DNA from: Orbicella franksi
Taxonomy: Eukaryota
Direction of reading: 5' to 3'
DNA: 64,000 bases
NCBI GenBank assembly: GCA_964199315.1
Contig: OZ116698.1
Span: forward strand, 24,552,001 to 24,616,000
Below the pieces are notes generated by a model, which was not told the origin of the DNA, did no database searches, and saw only the letters and a list, made by a program, of their open reading frames with translations. Of the stretch, positions 61,080 through 64,000 are shown piece by piece. The position numbers were made by a program, and so were the translations under genes. Position 1 is the stretch's first letter. Every line of letters begins with the position of its first letter.

Positions 61080-63379
61080 TCACGCAACATAACCAGGCGC
61101 CTGCAAGAAACATCCGAATACAGTGACAAGCACAGCAATGCCAAACACCCAGAGTGACAGTTTATCCATGACCATGGCTGCTATCCGCCACTCCTCTTTG
61201 TGATTGTTGATCCTGTCGTCGACGACCGAGTTCTCCACAAGTGTGTCAACTCGCTCCAGGATCCTCTCGCCAAGCTGTAGAACAGGATCTTGGAAACCGT
61301 CCTGTTGGTTCAAAGAGATTTCCGACGCGTTCAGCGCTGGTGATACGGACAGAAAACCGTTTGCCGTTGAACTAAGGTGTCTATAATGACTGTCATAGGG
61401 GTTGTTGTTGTGGCTGTTCGACACGTGAAGTTTAGTCCTTGTTTGGTGTGTTCTACCAACCGGTTCCAAAGCCGTTTGAATGGTGGCCTTTCGACCCGTA
61501 TCCTTACGCAGATTAGAATGTTCTTGAATGCGTTTGAGGTTTTCCATGCTAATTCCAAAGAAGTGGCCGAGGTAGCCGAGCACGTATTTTCGGACCCACT
61601 TTGGCATCTCGATGACATCAGAGTGGTAATACTTCAGGATGTAGCACGTCCAGACCAGGCCTACGGCCATTTCAACCATTCCAGCCATGTAGAACTTGGC
61701 GATGAGTGGGACCACATCTGAAGATGGAGGAATTGTTTCCGCTACCACCAACATAAAAACCGTCATGGCCAGAAGGATGGTTATTGTGAGGGAAATACGT
61801 TCACCTGTGAAGGGTAAGGTAACAATCTGTATTTAAATATTGACCTATTTTCTTTTCTTTACTTTACTTTTTGTTCATTTTTAGTTAGCAGGGGCAGCTG
61901 CTTCGTATACTGCTAAAATTTCTTCTCCTGTTACGGTAGGAAACCAAGACACCATCTTGCTTACAACTCTCGCAAGCTGGGAGGTGGACAGCACAAAACT
62001 ATCCCGAGCTTGAGTAGCCAATAAGAATGCGTGAAAAGCACTCTCCACTGATTTGGTATATGCTATATAGATCACGGAGTCCCCTACGGAAACCGTGTAA
62101 AACAGTCTTAAAGCAATTTTCAAACCTTTCTTTTAGTTAAACTAATGCTTTCACCGTGTTGAAGCAAAGACTGTGTGAAGGCTAGGTAGACTGCCCTACC
62201 CTCCCCTCCCGTCCACTCCCAACCACCCGGTTTAACGGTCGCAAAGGAGACCACCATATAGTGGCAGAACCTTTAAGAAAACGAGATTAACTCACCTGAT
62301 TCTGCTGGAAGTACAAAGGATACATTTATCAACACAGTGATGATGACCAGCGGTAATATCAGGTTCATCATATAGAACAGCGAACGCCTTCGGATGATGA
62401 TCGTATACGTCACATCCGGGAACGGCTCCTCGCAACAGAAATACTTCAAAACATTCCGCCGGGCCGGAGCGCCAACAAGTTTCCATTCTGCGCTCTCGAT
62501 GTAATTTCCCAGGTCAGCGGACATGCTCTCATTTGTGACGTCCAGCCGGAAGCCATCGTAAGTCCACGATCCGAATTTCATTTTACAATTCTGTGTGTCA
62601 AATGGGAAGTACTTAATGTCGATGCGGCATTTGCTCTTGAAGGTGACCGGCGAGAGCCATACATTTTTTCCCGAATGATGAAGAACAACCCTGAAGTTCA
62701 GGCGGTCCAAGTTGCCGCCAAAGCTTATGTCGTCGTCAGCGCTGCAAACGAACATGGTTAATGTTAACACCGAGTGTTTTAATTGGCTTCTTCAAACATG
62801 AGAAGAGACAAGAATAGATCTTAATAAATTGACTTACGGTCGGCACACAAGGGGACAATCCCCTTCGTGTGTACGCATAGGACACATATTGCGGGGATAG
62901 AAAGCAAGCTGGTGCACACGAAGACAATATATATTGGCTCATTTCTGTTATAGGAGGGAAGGAAGGGGGGGGGGGGGCAGTTTGCAAGAGAAGGGTACGC
63001 GACGCGACATTGAAAACTGAAATCATCTTGTCCCTACTTCATGACGCACGAATTCAATTTACTTGAATTTTCCGCAATACGTTGCGAGGACAAAAACAGA
63101 GCTCTTTTTCTGGGCGAGCCTTCAGGGACCTAGCATCTTGAAGTTCTCTATCGCCGCATCTAAAATTGAATCTTAGGTGTCAGAAATGACTTTCCTTTAC
63201 AAATGCATTATCGACAAAACAAAATGGATGGGTAAATAAGTACTGGATACACAAAACTCCATTACTCACTTCTCATACAGAACAATATCCGGAAGCCAAA
63301 CATTCTTTGGAGCAACATTAATTGTTGTTAATCCACCATATTCGCTGCTATTCCATGCTAATAGTGGATTATTCCAAAT
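61080..63379 (-). CDS. nAChR alpha-type subunit, gene 5 (5'-partial); exons 63379-63270, 62741-62296, 61804-61080; upstream exons not found in the window
   Basis: GT-AG introns with consistent phases (2,1). VWLPDIVLYEN, CRIDIKYFPFDTQNC, GSWTY, YFCCEEPF and SGERISLTITILLAMTVFMLVVAETIP are present, ending in M4 ...FLQAPGYVA*. Confidence 0.92.
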
Positions 63380-64000
63380 CTGAGGACAGATATCCAGCAC
63401 GATTAAACCTCAAATTAAAACAGCCTTGTTACGTGAATCTAACTCGACGCAACTGACTAAACAACAAAATATCGATACTTACCCAAGATGGTACTGTGCT
63501 ATGATTGCTAACTTCGTTGAATGTATATTCTCTTCACCAACTCCTTATTTCTTATGTGCACTTTTGTGTGTCTCTGTGTTCTTTCTTGCTTCCTTAATCG
63601 CTTTCATTCCCTAATCTGTGCGTATTACTTCAGTGTCGCCTTCATCTATCTTCCTGGTTGCTAACTAAATTCTATACTTCTCACCGTCTCCTTTCTTTCT
63701 ACGATATGTGTTTACTGCACGTCCGAGGATCACAAGACTATGACACAGTCGTAAGAACATGTCTCAAATCCTTCACTGAAGATTATGTGTCTTATTCTCC
63801 AACTGAACAGGTAACGTAGACTAGAGTTCGGAAGTACTCCAAAAGATGATACGGTCTGTGACAACACTCAGACTGAGTTTGTGTTTGCACCGAAGGAAAA
63901 TTCGTGTTCAACTGTGATCAAAGTTAAGAAATACAATGAAAGATAGAAAGGAGGTGATGAGGTTTGGCGTGCAAAGATGACCTTTTATTAACCAGCCCTG

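Noticed and set aside
61881-62123. 80-aa intronic ORF in gene 5
   Set aside because: It looks like a remnant of an interspersed repeat (possibly the start of a Crypton-like ORF) and terminates early; not supportable as a gene.
41985-63379. Ancient synteny with human 2q36-37 (FBXO36 near CHRND/CHRNG)
   Set aside because: From memory those genes are megabases apart and belong to a different nAChR clade; likely coincidence.
63426-63614. Hydrophobic 62-aa ORF, or a possible missing exon 3 of gene 5 at the 63482 donor
   Set aside because: No AG acceptor 45 nt upstream and no xxNQ..W.RQ motif; the upstream exons probably lie beyond the window.

Overview
Eukaryotic, AT-rich, intron-containing animal genomic DNA. 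It is probably from a cnidarian such as a stony coral; this is inferred from the repeat families and receptor types, not proven. The window is dominated by a tandem array of Cys-loop nicotinic acetylcholine receptor (nAChR) alpha-type genes. Four complete genes lie on the + strand (659-6243, 9334-15245, 18195-25122, 28082-38885), and the 3' part of a fifth, more divergent gene lies on the - strand (63379->61080). I rebuilt the exon structures by hand and the reading frames add up. Between genes 4 and 5 lie a two-exon FBXO36 homolog (- strand) and a single-exon 127-aa gene whose C-terminus aligns without gaps to the CITED (CBP/p300-interacting) transactivation domain, including the LPEL motif. 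A cluster of HIF-type ACGTG motifs lies upstream of it; this is the most interesting candidate. Intron 3 of nAChR gene 4 holds a full-length but decayed antisense L1/Tx1-clade LINE with a 10-bp TSD, abutting a CR1/L2 3' fragment. Other notable points: an AG>AC acceptor change at exon 3 of gene 2, an apparent intron gain in genes 2/3, a Kolobok-like insertion whose empty site is visible in the paralog, several MITEs and fold-back elements, a tRNA-derived SINE remnant and a perfect 49-bp inverted repeat. No rRNA, intact tRNA or CRISPR array was seen.
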